Positions 38,806 through 50,926 of a DNA stretch of 64,000 bases are shown piece after piece. The translations under genes and the position numbers were made by a program. How positions within the stretch are numbered: the first letter of the stretch is position 1; each line of letters starts with the position of its first letter. Source of the DNA: Epiperipatus broadwayi (Eukaryota; Animalia; Onychophora); the NCBI GenBank assembly GCA_028023455.1, contig JAQFVV010000004.1, positions 16,554,001-16,618,000 of the forward strand. Direction: 5' to 3'. The notes beneath the pieces were generated by a model. That model did no database searches and was not told the origin of the DNA. It saw only the letters and a list, made by a program, of their open reading frames with translations.

Positions 38806-40520
38806 GTCATTATTACATCTGATTGGCTGTTTCATAAGCATTTTTAAAGCGCATCTGTCAAAGGTTTTAGCCTTTCATGTTATTATTATATCATCTGCTT
38901 GCACTTAATAAATTTAATATAATTATTTAGGGAAAAAAAATTGGATCACTTGATTCTAAATACGCAAAAAAATATTTGTAAGATTTGTTTTATTTGATCA
39001 GAAGTTTGACAAAAAATTTTATTCCTATTATCAATTGAGATATTTATATAAAACATTTTGAACAAATTTTCAGCCTTTCACTTTAATTTTGAATAAAATT
39101 CTAAATCGATTCAAATAGGCTTAAGATGAAATAAATTTTCTTAGATCTGGGAAATTGCAAACAATTTTTTAAAATATTATTATTTTTGCTTAATAAAAGC
39201 CAATATTGATAATAGGATTGATTTCAGGTAGATGTATATAGACTAATTTCTCATTTTGAAAGCAAATGAAATGATATAGTAATAGGTGTTATAAAAAAAT
39301 GATTACTATCAGTCATAGTTGCCATTACTTGGCACATTTTAACATATTTTACTGTTTCATTTCAATACTTTAATGTTAAGCTACATTAATAATAAATAAA
39401 CAAATAGGTATATGCTAGGAAGGAAATGTGTTGTTCACCATTAATGATCAGGTTGAACTATAATCTAGGGCTCTTTAATTTTCAAATCTATCTATAATCA
39501 ACCATTCTAAACTGTTCAGAAAATCAGGGTGCATGATCTCGGGTAATTAACTTTGATTAAAATCAGTAGTTTGGTTATGTGCTATTAATGTTTGGACTGA
39601 AAATTTTGAAGTGATGGTTCATATATGGTGGCTTATATCCAAAGGAATCCATACTTATGGAAGAAATACTTGAATCATATAATATAGTTTACAATTAATT
39701 ATAAATATTTGATTAGAATTTTACGATAAATAAAAATTTATTTGAAGTTATTTTTAATGCTAAATAAGAAAAATTATATTAGAACATTAACAGTACAATA
39801 GGTACTTAATCATCTTGATTAAAACAATGCAATTGGATAATTATTTAAGCTTCTTGGAATGCAAACGTAATAATTAGGGAAGTTTTTTTGTATTTTTACT
39901 TTTACTGCTTGAAAAAATATTCTTTTTTTTTCAATGATTAGATCCTAAATAGACAAACATAATCAGCAATTGCATAATTATCAAGGATAATGGGTAAATC
40001 TGTTACCATTGTCTAGTTGTGATATTGATGATTATTTTGTTGAAAAGAGATTGCCTTTAATGGAATTCCAATAGAATAATTATCGATTAGTTAAAGAACT
40101 TTTTCTGCAGAGAAGTTTTTAAAAAAAAATTTGATTTTTTTGTTTTGTTTTTAGAATCGATCATGGTTTGTAAATCAATAGTAGATACAAAATGACAATG
40201 ATCAATATGGTGAATCTTCACATAATGGTCTGGCACTAAGTAGGATATACACGTATTAACAGATTTTAAAGATGGGTCAAACTTAATTGAGATCAATTAA
40301 AAGGCAAGACAACATATGAAAAAAAGAAGGTGAAAATATTTAGAAATGATCATTAAGAAAAATTAAACATCTGGAATTTCAAAGAATGGTATTTTTTAAA
40401 AAAAAGGTTAATAATGATATAAGAAAATATAACTGTAAATTAGCAAGAAAAGTATAGATGAGAGTAAAAGTTTCAAAAGTATATTGCAAAAAAAGTTATT
40501 TCAATAAAGATGAAACTAAA

Positions 40521-40690
40521 CAGGTAAAACTCTCCATGCAGTAGTGCCACTCAGTGCCAACCAGAGTAATCAATGGATGCCAGAAGGTCTGTGCATAAAA
40601 TCCCTATCTAGGTCCTACTTATCCAATATCCCCAGACTAGTTTCTGGCTTGTGGCACTGAGTGGCACTACTGTATGGAGAGTTTTGCCTG
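40521..40690. mobile_element. 170-bp MITE with ~45-bp TIRs
   Basis: CAGGTAAAACTCTCCATGCAGTAGTGCCACTCAGTGCCA / TGGCACTGAGTGGCACTACTGTATGGAGAGTTTTGCCTG; sits inside the RTE remnant; TSD not clear. Confidence 0.8.
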
Positions 40691-41402
40691 TTTTAATAAG
40701 TTATGTGCTAGCATAAGAAATAGTGATCATGTAAAGATGAAATTATATATATAAAAAGAGAGGTGTGTGAAAAAACATAGTAATAAGAAACAAAACAAAA
40801 ATAACCACTGCAATTACTATATCTTTTGAAATGCCAAATCTTTTAAATGAAGAGATGAGACATGCGATAGAAGCTGGAATTACTATTTATATTTTAAAAG
40901 AAGCAAATGAAATAGAAAAATTGTTGATAAAACTATATCTAAATATCTCAATGGTAAAAATTAAGATGATTTGAAGAATGCAGTAATGACATTTAAGAAA
41001 GGTGATAAAGAAGATATTAGAAAGTGTAGGTCCCTATTCTATTATTTCTACACAAAATCTTTACCAAGATAATTATCATTCGTTTGCAGCAAACTTTGGA
41101 TTCAAACCAAATCAAAAGAAAATTAGGCGGATCAGCATCCAAGTATTAAGAGAAGTTATAGAAAGCCCTATGAATGAGTTATCATTATGTTTTGATTTAT
41201 AGATTATGAAAAATAATATACTATAAGCATATCTACAGTGATTAAAGCATTAGATCATCAGGATATAGTCCTAGAATATTGTCATATTTTGAAGAATATG
41301 TATCAAAATTCAACAGCAATGAGTGACACTGAGAAAATTAACATTGATATGAATGTATCACAGTGTGATTTCAGATCTCCGAAACATCTTTGGTAGCTTT
41401 AC

Positions 41403-41645
41403 AAGCTGAGCTTTGATTGTATATATGTGTGATGATAATCTGGACCAACTGATGAATGCTGTTTTAGCATGAAATACGTATATTGGTGATTATTTATCTT
41501 TTCGCCATGTAGGTAATCAAGTGTATCAGTAGTATAAGATAGCACGGGTGGTTGAGGATCATGTGAAAGTCTGAGTTCAAAGCTCCAATATATTACACGT
41601 ATAAGTGCAGGTATGAAAAAAGTCTGTACTGTAAGAGTATTTAGT
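41403..41645 (+). mobile_element. Family-A element, single (non-inverted) arm inserted in the RTE remnant
   Basis: Colinear with 35241-35470 from AAGCTGAGC through GTGAAAGTCTGAGTTC to the TGCAGGT tail. Confidence 0.88.
41444..41487 (+). ncRNA. Minimal type I hammerhead ribozyme, fully canonical copy
   Basis: Stem I ACCAA/TTGGT; core CTGATGA; stem II ATGCT-GTTTT-AGCAT (5 bp); GAAA; stem III AT/AT with palindromic loop ACGT; predicted cleavage after AUA (41482). Confidence 0.82.
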
Positions 41646-42585
41646 ATATATCTTTAGTCCGTTTTTTTATTATCTAATAATTCTAGTTTCATTTCCTGAA
41701 ATTTTGCAAGGATTATTTGCAAAAGTAATTATGTAATCTGCAAAATAAAAATGTCTTAATTTAGCAGAAACGTAATGGATAAAATTAATCATGGAATTAA
41801 ACTTGGATGGAATGCTTTTGGTAGAAATAACTTATTGTTAAAAGGGAATATGCCTACATATTTGAAAATGAAGACTTTTAAATAGATACATATCACATTT
41901 TGTTTTACACTTGCTAATATGAGAACTGGACACTTAACAGAACAATACAGAGACTTCAAATCTCAATAAAGTATGGAGAAGAAAACATATAGTTGTTGTT
42001 GGCCATTATTGAAAGAATTAAGATATTGCAATAAGTTATAATGCCAGAAGAGAATTCCAAGAAATTGTAAAATATCTAGAAAGAGACCATGTGATGTGAA
42101 TGGATAAAATTAGGAAGTCTGTTGGTATTCTGTGGAAAAGAGAAGCTATAAATTGAAGAAATGAGTAAACTTGCAGAGCCAATTATCTTGCAGTGAATGA
42201 TTAATGATCAAAAATAAGTGAGTGCAACATATAATGCAAATAGGATTTTGTCTTTGCTTTTAACTAAATTATTAACATTTTGACTTAAATCAGTTGTTAC
42301 TGGGTGCTGCTTTTAATATTGGAATTATATTATAAAAAAATGTTATTGGTTTTTGCAGAATTTTAATTTTTTGAATGTTGACGTCTCTCTCTTTTACAAA
42401 CAAGATCCTTAGGAAAAAGAGTGCTAATTGTTTTTAACTTGCCATACTTTCAAAACTGTATCTATTGAATGACTATTAAGAGAATAGGTTCTGTAGTTTT
42501 TTCATTGAAATTTCTGCCTTATTTTATATATTTAATTTGTTATGCATACATGATCTTTATTTAAACATTTTTATTAAGGCTCATT

Positions 42586-42880
42586 TCACACGACCCACCA
42601 CTCTCCACACTATCTCATAACACTGATACACTTGAACACATATACGTTGAAAAGATAAATAAACGTATTTCATGCTAAACCAGCAATCTGGACCAACTGA
42701 TGATTGCTGGTTTAGCATGAAATACATATATTGGTGATTATTTATCTTTTCAACATATATGTGTTCAAGTGTATCAGTGTTATGAGATAGTGTGGAGAGT
42801 GGTGGGTCATGTGAAAGTCTGTGCTCATATACCCTATTATATATATATAGACACAGGTATATAATAAGCCTGTGTTTCAG
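42586..42880. mobile_element. Family-A fold-back element with exact 15-bp TSD
   Basis: TTATTAAGGCTCATT at 42571-42585 and 42881-42895; the two arms join at the AATC microhomology near 42685. Confidence 0.92.
42692..42735 (+). ncRNA. Minimal type I hammerhead motif (family A)
   Basis: ACCAA CTGATGA TTGCT GGTTT AGCAT GAAA T ACAT A TA TTGGT; core intact, loop III ACAT (CpG decay of ACGT). Confidence 0.7.
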
Positions 42881-43829
42881 TTATTAAGGCTCATTATTGT
42901 TTAGTTTTAAATAAAATATTTATATATATATAGGTTTGTTCAAAGTATTTACAAGAAGTTTCCTATTAATTAATTGACAATAGTAATATATATTTCTGAT
43001 TATAGTAATAGGCGATATCATTTCTTAAATTAATTCTATAATTATTCTCTGTAGAATTCATTAGTTTTTTACAACTAGGACAATATTAGGCAATGAGCTC
43101 ATTGGTTCAATATTCTTGATAGAAACAAAGCTCAATATTTAATGCTTTTAATATATTTACTAATAAACAATATATCATGTATAGCAGTCATAAGACTTTG
43201 GTTCCCAGTTTTCATTTTATATGCTTAGTATATATCTTGATTTCTAATTGTTTATTTCCCTTTGACTTTCATCTCCAGAACTGACTCCCCAACCACTTGA
43301 GGTATTGAGTAACTATATAAATGTGGAATGACTGGGACAGAAAATTATTAGCTGGAAAATGTCATGTGATTTTTTTAAATCCTCCATAAGGCAATTTATT
43401 CAATATATCTGTCTTCTCATTGCTAAGTTCAGTAATTTTTAGTATTACAAGAAACAGCTAATTATATAATAACTAGTTGAAATATTATCAGTATTTGTAA
43501 AATTGTCATATGACTTTCATATATATTCATTACACTTATTAATTATAATTACATATTGAACTTTTCCCCATTTAATTGCATATTTTAAAATGAGTGGAAA
43601 TTGCTCTGTTCTGTAAATTTAAATATCAATCACTTCAAACTAATTTGCATTGAATATATTAGTTGATTTAATATTTGTTCCTCTGGCTGTTTAGGTTCAA
43701 GATAGCTTTACATATAAAACCTTGGAGTATAGTAAGAAATAATCTTTCTTAGTATAAATCGTATGACTTTTACAGCTATATAGAAAGAAATGTGGGAGGG
43801 GGGGAGAAGAATGTAACTGACCTTATTGA

Positions 43830-44068
43830 AAAAATTAAAAGACTGGAGTTGGGCTGGACATATTACTAGAAGAGATGGACAATTGAGATCTTAAACTGGA
43901 TTCCAAGAGATTGTAAAAGACCCAGAAAGAGACCACATGTGAGATGGATGAATGAAATAAGAAAGTGTGCAGGGGTGATGTGGAGAAGAGAAGCTAAAGA
44001 TCGGAGATGGATTGAACTTGGAGAGACCTTCATCCTATAGTGGATTAAAAATGGTTGACGATGATGAA
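43830..44068 (+). mobile_element. RTE LINE 3' end, 5'-truncated
   Basis: Reads WSWAGHITRRDG, LNWIPRDCKRPRKRPHVRWMNEIRKCAGVMWRREAKDRRW and LGETFIL*W, ending in a GATGATGA tail. Confidence 0.88.
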
Positions 44069-45269
44069 GAAATGGAATAAAAGTGAAATTATGTTAATAT
44101 TTTATTAATAACAAAATATTAAAAAAGAAAATGTTCAATTATAATTATTTAAAACTGTCTATACATTAAGAAATCTTTATATAGTTGGGGGGTTTTTTTT
44201 TTTCAGATGTGCACATTTCCAAAATTTGATAGTACTAATCTAATAAGATTAATTAAAAAGTAGTCATTTGAAATTTCTTTCAGTAGTGTTTACAGTTTCT
44301 TTATCGCTTTATATTGAAATCCGTTGAAAACTTAAAATTTTATTATTATATTTTGTATATTTTTATAAATAAATAAATTTTATTTATATGTAGCAAATAT
44401 ACATAAATGTGTTAATTTTTATATATTAACGATCAATGCTGAAGCTAATAACAATATATAAACACGCATCTCATTTTTTACCTTGTATAGAGTATATACT
44501 TCAGCTGCAAGAAATAGAGCCAGTGCACGTAACTAACCGAAAATTCGAATTTCAAATGTAGATCATCCTCCTAAATGCTATGTTTTTTTCCAGCAGTGAC
44601 ACCTTGTGAATAAAGTGCGAATTTCAAACAACGATTGACATTTTCAATTGCCAGATATATTAATGTAAATGCTTTCTAAATAATTATATAAAATAAAACT
44701 CTGAGGCAGTGATTTTAACTTCATAAATTTAATTTTATTATGTATTAATAATTCAATATTTTACATATATTGATGTAAATATCAAGATTACAAAAAAGAT
44801 TTAGATTAATTTTGTTATTGAAATTCAGAAACTGCACAAAAGATGTGTTAATATTATATATCAATAACTCATTATTAAAAACTCCAATATTGATCTTTTT
44901 GATACAACCGGCTTTTGCAGTTTACCACTAAGCATGATACCAGTGTTTGAAACATAAGAATCTACATGTTTACATCAAGAAAGAACTCAATTTGTTGACA
45001 TGCATTATTTTCTATATAATTTTATGTGAAAAGGTTTATGGATGTCTCTTTTTTATTGAATCAATTATAAGTATACTATCTAGTATTATGCTCACTTTCC
45101 CATTCACTAGAATTGATAATCAGTGATGACGGCTATAACCTAAATAAAAAATAGTATATCTTTTATGTATAAATACAAGATTCAAAGACATGATACTGCA
45201 TAAATGTTTATGCATGTAGCAATGCTAGGACTAATCTAGTGATAATTTTGCATGTAAAGTGTATGCATG

Positions 45270-45464
45270 ACAAGACATAAAAAGTAATGATTGCCAATCA
45301 TGAAATAAACAAGACATAAAAAGTAATGATTGCCAATCATGAAATAAACAAGACATAAAAAGTAATGATTGCCAATCATGAAATAAACAAGACATAAAAA
45401 GTAATGATTGCCAATCATGAAATAAACAAGACATAAAAAGTAATGATTGCCAATCATAAAATAA
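45270..45464. repeat. Minisatellite, 39-bp unit x5
   Basis: Unit ACAAGACATAAAAAGTAATGATTGCCAATCATGAAATAA containing the palindrome ATGATTG-C-CAATCAT. Confidence 0.96.
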
Positions 45465-45990
45465 ACATATGGATTCTTATCTTACTGGCAGATCTAAAAG
45501 TGTGAATGAGCACAATTATTAATAAAAAATAATAATCTTATTTATTACATCTGGAAGATTATATAATGTTGAAACTCTCAGATGATAGACTTAAATTCAA
45601 TTATCTGAGGTTTTTTTTTAAAAAATTAATCAGTTGAGAATTGATCCTGGAATGTTTAACTCTTATCTATTGCCTTGACACTATACTAATCCTCACAGAG
45701 CAATGTGACTATTGTCCTTGTCAATAAAATTATTATCATAAATCAACTGAGGCATTGATCCATGGCCAATTATCAAATAATAATCATAGTGAAAACTGTA
45801 AAAAGTGGTAAATTTCCCTTCTTGTCATACTAATAACACTTAAAATACTAGTGAAAAATAATTTAAACTTTTATAGTAAATTTATATTTGTGATATGTTG
45901 TATAACCAATATGTATTATTTTTATTAAAAATAAAAAATTGATATTTAAATGTAGATTTTAATTTTTTTATATTTTTTTTTATATTGCAG

Positions 45991-48900
45991 AAGTTAACAG
46001 TGGAGTAGACCAAAACTGGCAAGGATCGGAAGAACAGTCACTCAGTGCTTCTGGAAGTACAACACCAACTGACCTGGATTTGAATTATACCATAGGTGTA
46101 ACAGAAAGTACTCCTTATGCTTGCCAGTTCTGTAACAAGGCTTTTCCAAGACTCAGTTATTTAAAGCGCCATGAACAATTACATAGTGATCAAATGCCAT
46201 TCAAATGTGAGTATTGCCAACGACTTTTTAAACACAAACGTAGTAGAGATCGTCATGTTAAACTTCATACTGGTGATAAAAAGTATCGCTGCTCTCATTG
46301 TGAATCAGCTTTTTCACGTAGTGATCATTTAAAAATTCATTTAAAAACTCATGATAATGCAAAACCATACCAGTGCACAGTTTGTAACCGTGGTTATAAT
46401 ACATCTTCTGCTTTAACGTCACACATGCAAAGTCATAAAAAGGAGATTCCATCTACACAAATTTTTAAGTGTATGCAATGCACAGATACTTTTCAGACGT
46501 CTCAAAAATTACAAAATCATATTTTAACTCACCAATCACCATCACCAAAAGATAAATCATTGCAATGTATGTTTTGTCCCCAGTCCTTTGCAGATAATTA
46601 TAATTTTAATTCTCATTTAGAACAGGCACATAATAGTGAAAAACGTAACAGATGTCCAGTATGTTCTGAAAGTTTTTCAGCTCCGGATTCATTTTTTCAA
46701 CATATCAAAGAACATAATGATATTGCATTGCCTGATGGAGAATTTCAGTCTAAGGAAGGAGTATTTTATATCTGTCCATTTTGTGCGAAAGATGAATTTG
46801 TGACATTAGAAGCACTTGAACTGCATGTGTGTGTTATCCATCCGAATGAATTTTCATCTAGTAAGATTGAACAATCTTTATCGATAACACCAAAACCACC
46901 TCCAATGCCATATAATTGTGAATATTGTACAATGACCCTTGATACAGTTGAAAATTTACAAAAACATACTCTTGCTGTACATAGCTATAGTGAAATATTA
47001 TCAAAAGCAAATGACAATTGCACTGTTTGCTGTTCTCAGTGTACTATGGGTTTTTCCAATGGGATAGCTTTAACAGAACACATCCAGGCAGTTCATGAGA
47101 TCAAAGTACCTGTAATAAATCAAAATGATAAAGATGTTGATAGTCACATCAATGGAGATAGTTCTCATTTACCTGAAAATTCTGCATCATCCACACCTGA
47201 ATTGCAGTCTTGTACTGATGACAAATTTTCAGATACATTGTTATGTAATCAGTGTGGAGCAGCCTTTTCTGATTTTGAATCATTCCGCACACATTTAAAA
47301 TCTCATTTAGATGCTGCAATACGCAAATTACCTTGTTCAGAATGTGACTGCGAATTCACATCTGAAGACCAACTAGACAGCCATATTGTAACTCACTTTT
47401 TGGCTACAACAACTGAATATGGGTGTCAAAGTTGTTTAAAACTTTTCTCTAAGCCTGATGAACTTCAAAAGCATTTGATGGATATTCATGCTCACCATCT
47501 TTACCGTTGCGCTCTCTGCAAAGAAATGTTTGATTCCAAAGTTGGTATTCAAGTTCATTTTGCAGTAAAACATAGCAATGAATGTAAATTATATAAATGT
47601 ATTGCTTGTAGCTGTGTTTTTCGATCTGAAATGGAGTGGCAATTACATGTTAAGGTCACACATCTTCAAAAAGCTAAACCATATAGGTGTTTATTTTGCA
47701 ATGATAGTTTTACTACAGAACTTGAGCTGCAATGTCACTTAACTACTCATAAAAAACAATTTCCCTGCCCTTTGTGTGAAGAAGCATTCCATGTAGAATA
47801 TCTTCTTGACAAGCACATGCAAACTAAACATTGCTCAGAGGATAATACTTGCTCTGAATCATCAGAAGGCAACACAAATAAAGCAGTCATATCATCAACA
47901 CTTTTACCTGTAATCCCTAAATCAAAAACTAAAATAAACTCCATTTCACAGATCTCCAAAACTGGAAACAAGTGTGACATTTGTGATGCTGAATTCAATA
48001 CGGAAGCTGCTTTGTTACAACACAGAACTAAAACTCATAACATTAAAGGTCACAATTCGACAAAAGCATCTCAGAGTAATGTTAGTATGTACTGCGCATA
48101 TTGCAATGAAACCTTTAAATCTCGGTCAGAATTAGATAATCATATGAAATCTCATATTCAAGGATCTGGAAAACATAAATGTAATATTTGTGATGAAATT
48201 TGCCCTACTTCTACTATATTAGCAGAACATAAACTTCAACATTGCAAAGTAGTAAAAGCTAATTCATGTCTTGTTTGCAAGATAGCACTTAAATCTGAAG
48301 ATCAGTTTTTTGTTCATTCTCAGCAACATAACACACAAGGACTGCCTATGCAATGTGTTGTTTGTAGACAAACACTTATTGTGGAAGTTGAATTGCAGAT
48401 GCATGCAAAATTTCATTTTAAAAACTGTGATCCATTATATCTTTGTATTGTTTGTCAAAAACAGTATGAAGCTAACAACGTAATTCCAAATTCAGGAAGC
48501 AATGGAACTCAGAACTATATTTGCAAAACATGTTATCATGGACCATCAAAATTACGATGCAGTGAATGCAAAGTAAAATTTGAAACAATGGCAGAATTGA
48601 AGAAACACATTTTGATACATAAAAAAACATACCAGTGTATCAAATGCCAACAATCCTTTGATACTGAAAATGAAATTCAGATTCACGTAGCCACTCATGT
48701 CCTTCAAGAAGGAACCAATCACGAATGTAAATTGTGCCATCAGATTTTTGATTCACCAGGAAAACTTCAGTGTCATTTAATTGAACATACTTTTGAAGGT
48801 TGCACAAGTTTTCAGTGTTATATATGTAGTACTGTTTTTACTACTGCTGTGGGAATTCAAAGTCACATGTTAGAACATGGGTTAAATTCAAGGCCTTATG

Positions 48901-49859
48901 ACTGTCTTCAATGTCATCAGAAATTTTTTTTTCGAGCTGAACTTGAAAATCATACTTATAATCATTCTCTACCAATAACTGATGGTGAATATCAATGTCA
49001 TGAGTGTTTCAGGATTTTTTCTAGCATTATTAACTTAACAAATCATCGGAAAATTCATGAAATGAAAAATAGTACTTTTAAGTGTTCACTGTGTCCTGAA
49101 GTGTTTAACACTTCTGTGGACATGCAACAACATTATTTTAAAAATCATAGTGATTCTGAACTGGAAGAAGGAAAAAAATGTTTTCGTTGCATGGAATGCG
49201 ATAAAGAATTTCCATGTATGAGCAATTTACAAGGACATATGCGCATTCACACACATGGAACTAAATATACATGTACAGAATGTAATAAAGAATTCGCACT
49301 ATCTAGAAACCTGAACATTCATATGCGTTCTCATAATGGAGAAAAACCTTATGAATGCCCTGTATGTAAAAAATGTTTTGCGAGAAAGGAAAATCGTAAA
49401 GCTCATTTAAAATCACATAGTGGTATAAAACCGTTTATGTGTCCACATTGTGGAAAAACATTTTCTAGGAAATGTCATGTAAAAGATCATATGAGAATAC
49501 ATTTAGTTTCCACCTCTCATACATGTGATGTGTGCCATGAAAGCTTTTCTTTTGGAAAAGCATTACAAAAACATATGGAGGATCATGGTCATATACTTGA
49601 ATGTACTTGTAAAATATGCTGTGAAACTTTTGTCTCCAGCCAAAGTTTAAAAAAACACATGATTCAAACCCATCATGTTGAAGACATTCATGACAACAAT
49701 TCTTTAAGTCCTCCTTCTACAGATGATGTATCTGAAAATGGAGACTGGAGGGAGTCAAGTGAGGAAAGCCTTTTTGAAGGACTTCAATCACCTGATCATA
49801 TAAATGGTAATATGGAACCAGATGGTGAAGTTACAGACAATATATCTACCCCAGAATAA
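45991..49859 (+). CDS. Oaz: Terminal coding exon of a ZNF423/ZNF521 (Oaz)-family multi-C2H2 zinc-finger transcription factor, about 35 fingers
   Basis: PYACQFCNKAFPRLSYLKRHEQLH...FKHKRSRDRHVKLHTGDKKY...FSRSDHLKIHLKTH and KPDELQKHLMDIH, KTYQCIKCQ, DSPGKLQCHLIEH, QKFFFRAELENH are ZNF423/521 signatures. A T-rich tract and AG acceptor end at 45990; the frame is open from 45991 (phase 1, (E)VNSGVDQNW...) to TAA at 49857-49859. The track start at 46080 is a TTG, not a real start. Confidence 0.95.
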
Positions 49860-50926
49860 ATACTGAGAAGTCATTTTTTATCATTATTAAATATGATTAA
49901 ACTTGTTATACTGAATGTTATGTTTATTTCTAATATTTTGAAAAAATGCAACCGTTTTAAATTCAGCGTGATAATACATGTGTGCATATACTTACTGTAT
50001 ATACATATATATTGTACATATAAATAAATTATTTTTAAAAGGGACCAAAATGTTGCTAGAAAAAAGTCATTTTAACAATTTTGTATACTATGCATTCCCT
50101 TTGATTGAGTGATTTTGTATAAAGAGAAATGTTTAAATTTCAAAACACTATTGCTAAATACTTGTGAATAATATGTAAAAAAAAAAAAAAAACTGTTATT
50201 ATGGTGATTTGATTTGTAAAAATCAAAAGCCAGTTGAATATTCATTTAATCCTTAATTTATGTAAGGCTGTGTTCTTTAAAATTTCTATTAAAAATAAAA
50301 GTTTTAAAAAATACTTTTAATCACGTGTTATTTATATTTTGTTAATAATCTCCACCTACCTACACATATTGGTATTAATTCAAAACATCCTCCTCATTAA
50401 TGCTACCAACAATCTTAACATTTAATAACATTGAAGTATATGTAATACATAAGATTTAATAAAATTCTATATTGTATTTTTTTATACTTATTCTTAAACC
50501 TCCTTCCAAAAAAAAGATAAAGAAATAGGGGGAGTTCATGATAGGCTGATATATTATTCCATATTGCCTTTTCTTCTGCTTCTTTAAACAAATTTTGGTG
50601 GTTGAGGACAGCCTTAAAACAATGCATTTTAAAATTATGGAAAAGGTTTGTTCAAAATTGTCTACTGAACAAAATATGCATTAAATAAATATATTTGTTA
50701 TATATATACTTAATGGAAAGTTTTAAATTAGTGGCTATTTCAATTCAATGACTGAAACAGTTTTTGCTACTATAGAAATGGGTCTTGCTTACATAGATGG
50801 ATCATACTACATATATCAGATCATATAATTATTCTTAAGAAGAAACATTAAATATAGGCAAATATGCAAAAATTAATTTTATATATTTAAGTAAAAGCAA
50901 ATGCTTAACTATAGTATAAAAAGTAT

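Larger units (their letters stand above)
40230..42210 (+). mobile_element. Fragmented RTE LINE (RT through 3' end), interrupted by a MITE and a family-A element
   Basis: Fragments KGDKEDIR, TKIIIIRLQQTLDSNQ, IQVLREVIE, LCF.FIDYEK, VIKALDHQ and GIKLGWNAFG; 5' boundary approximate. Confidence 0.75.

Noticed and set aside
45231-45457. Two repetitive minus-strand ORFs
   Set aside because: Products of the 39-bp minisatellite.
46258-48740. Three short antisense ORFs within the zinc-finger exon
   Set aside because: Shadow frames of the main CDS with no recognisable motifs.
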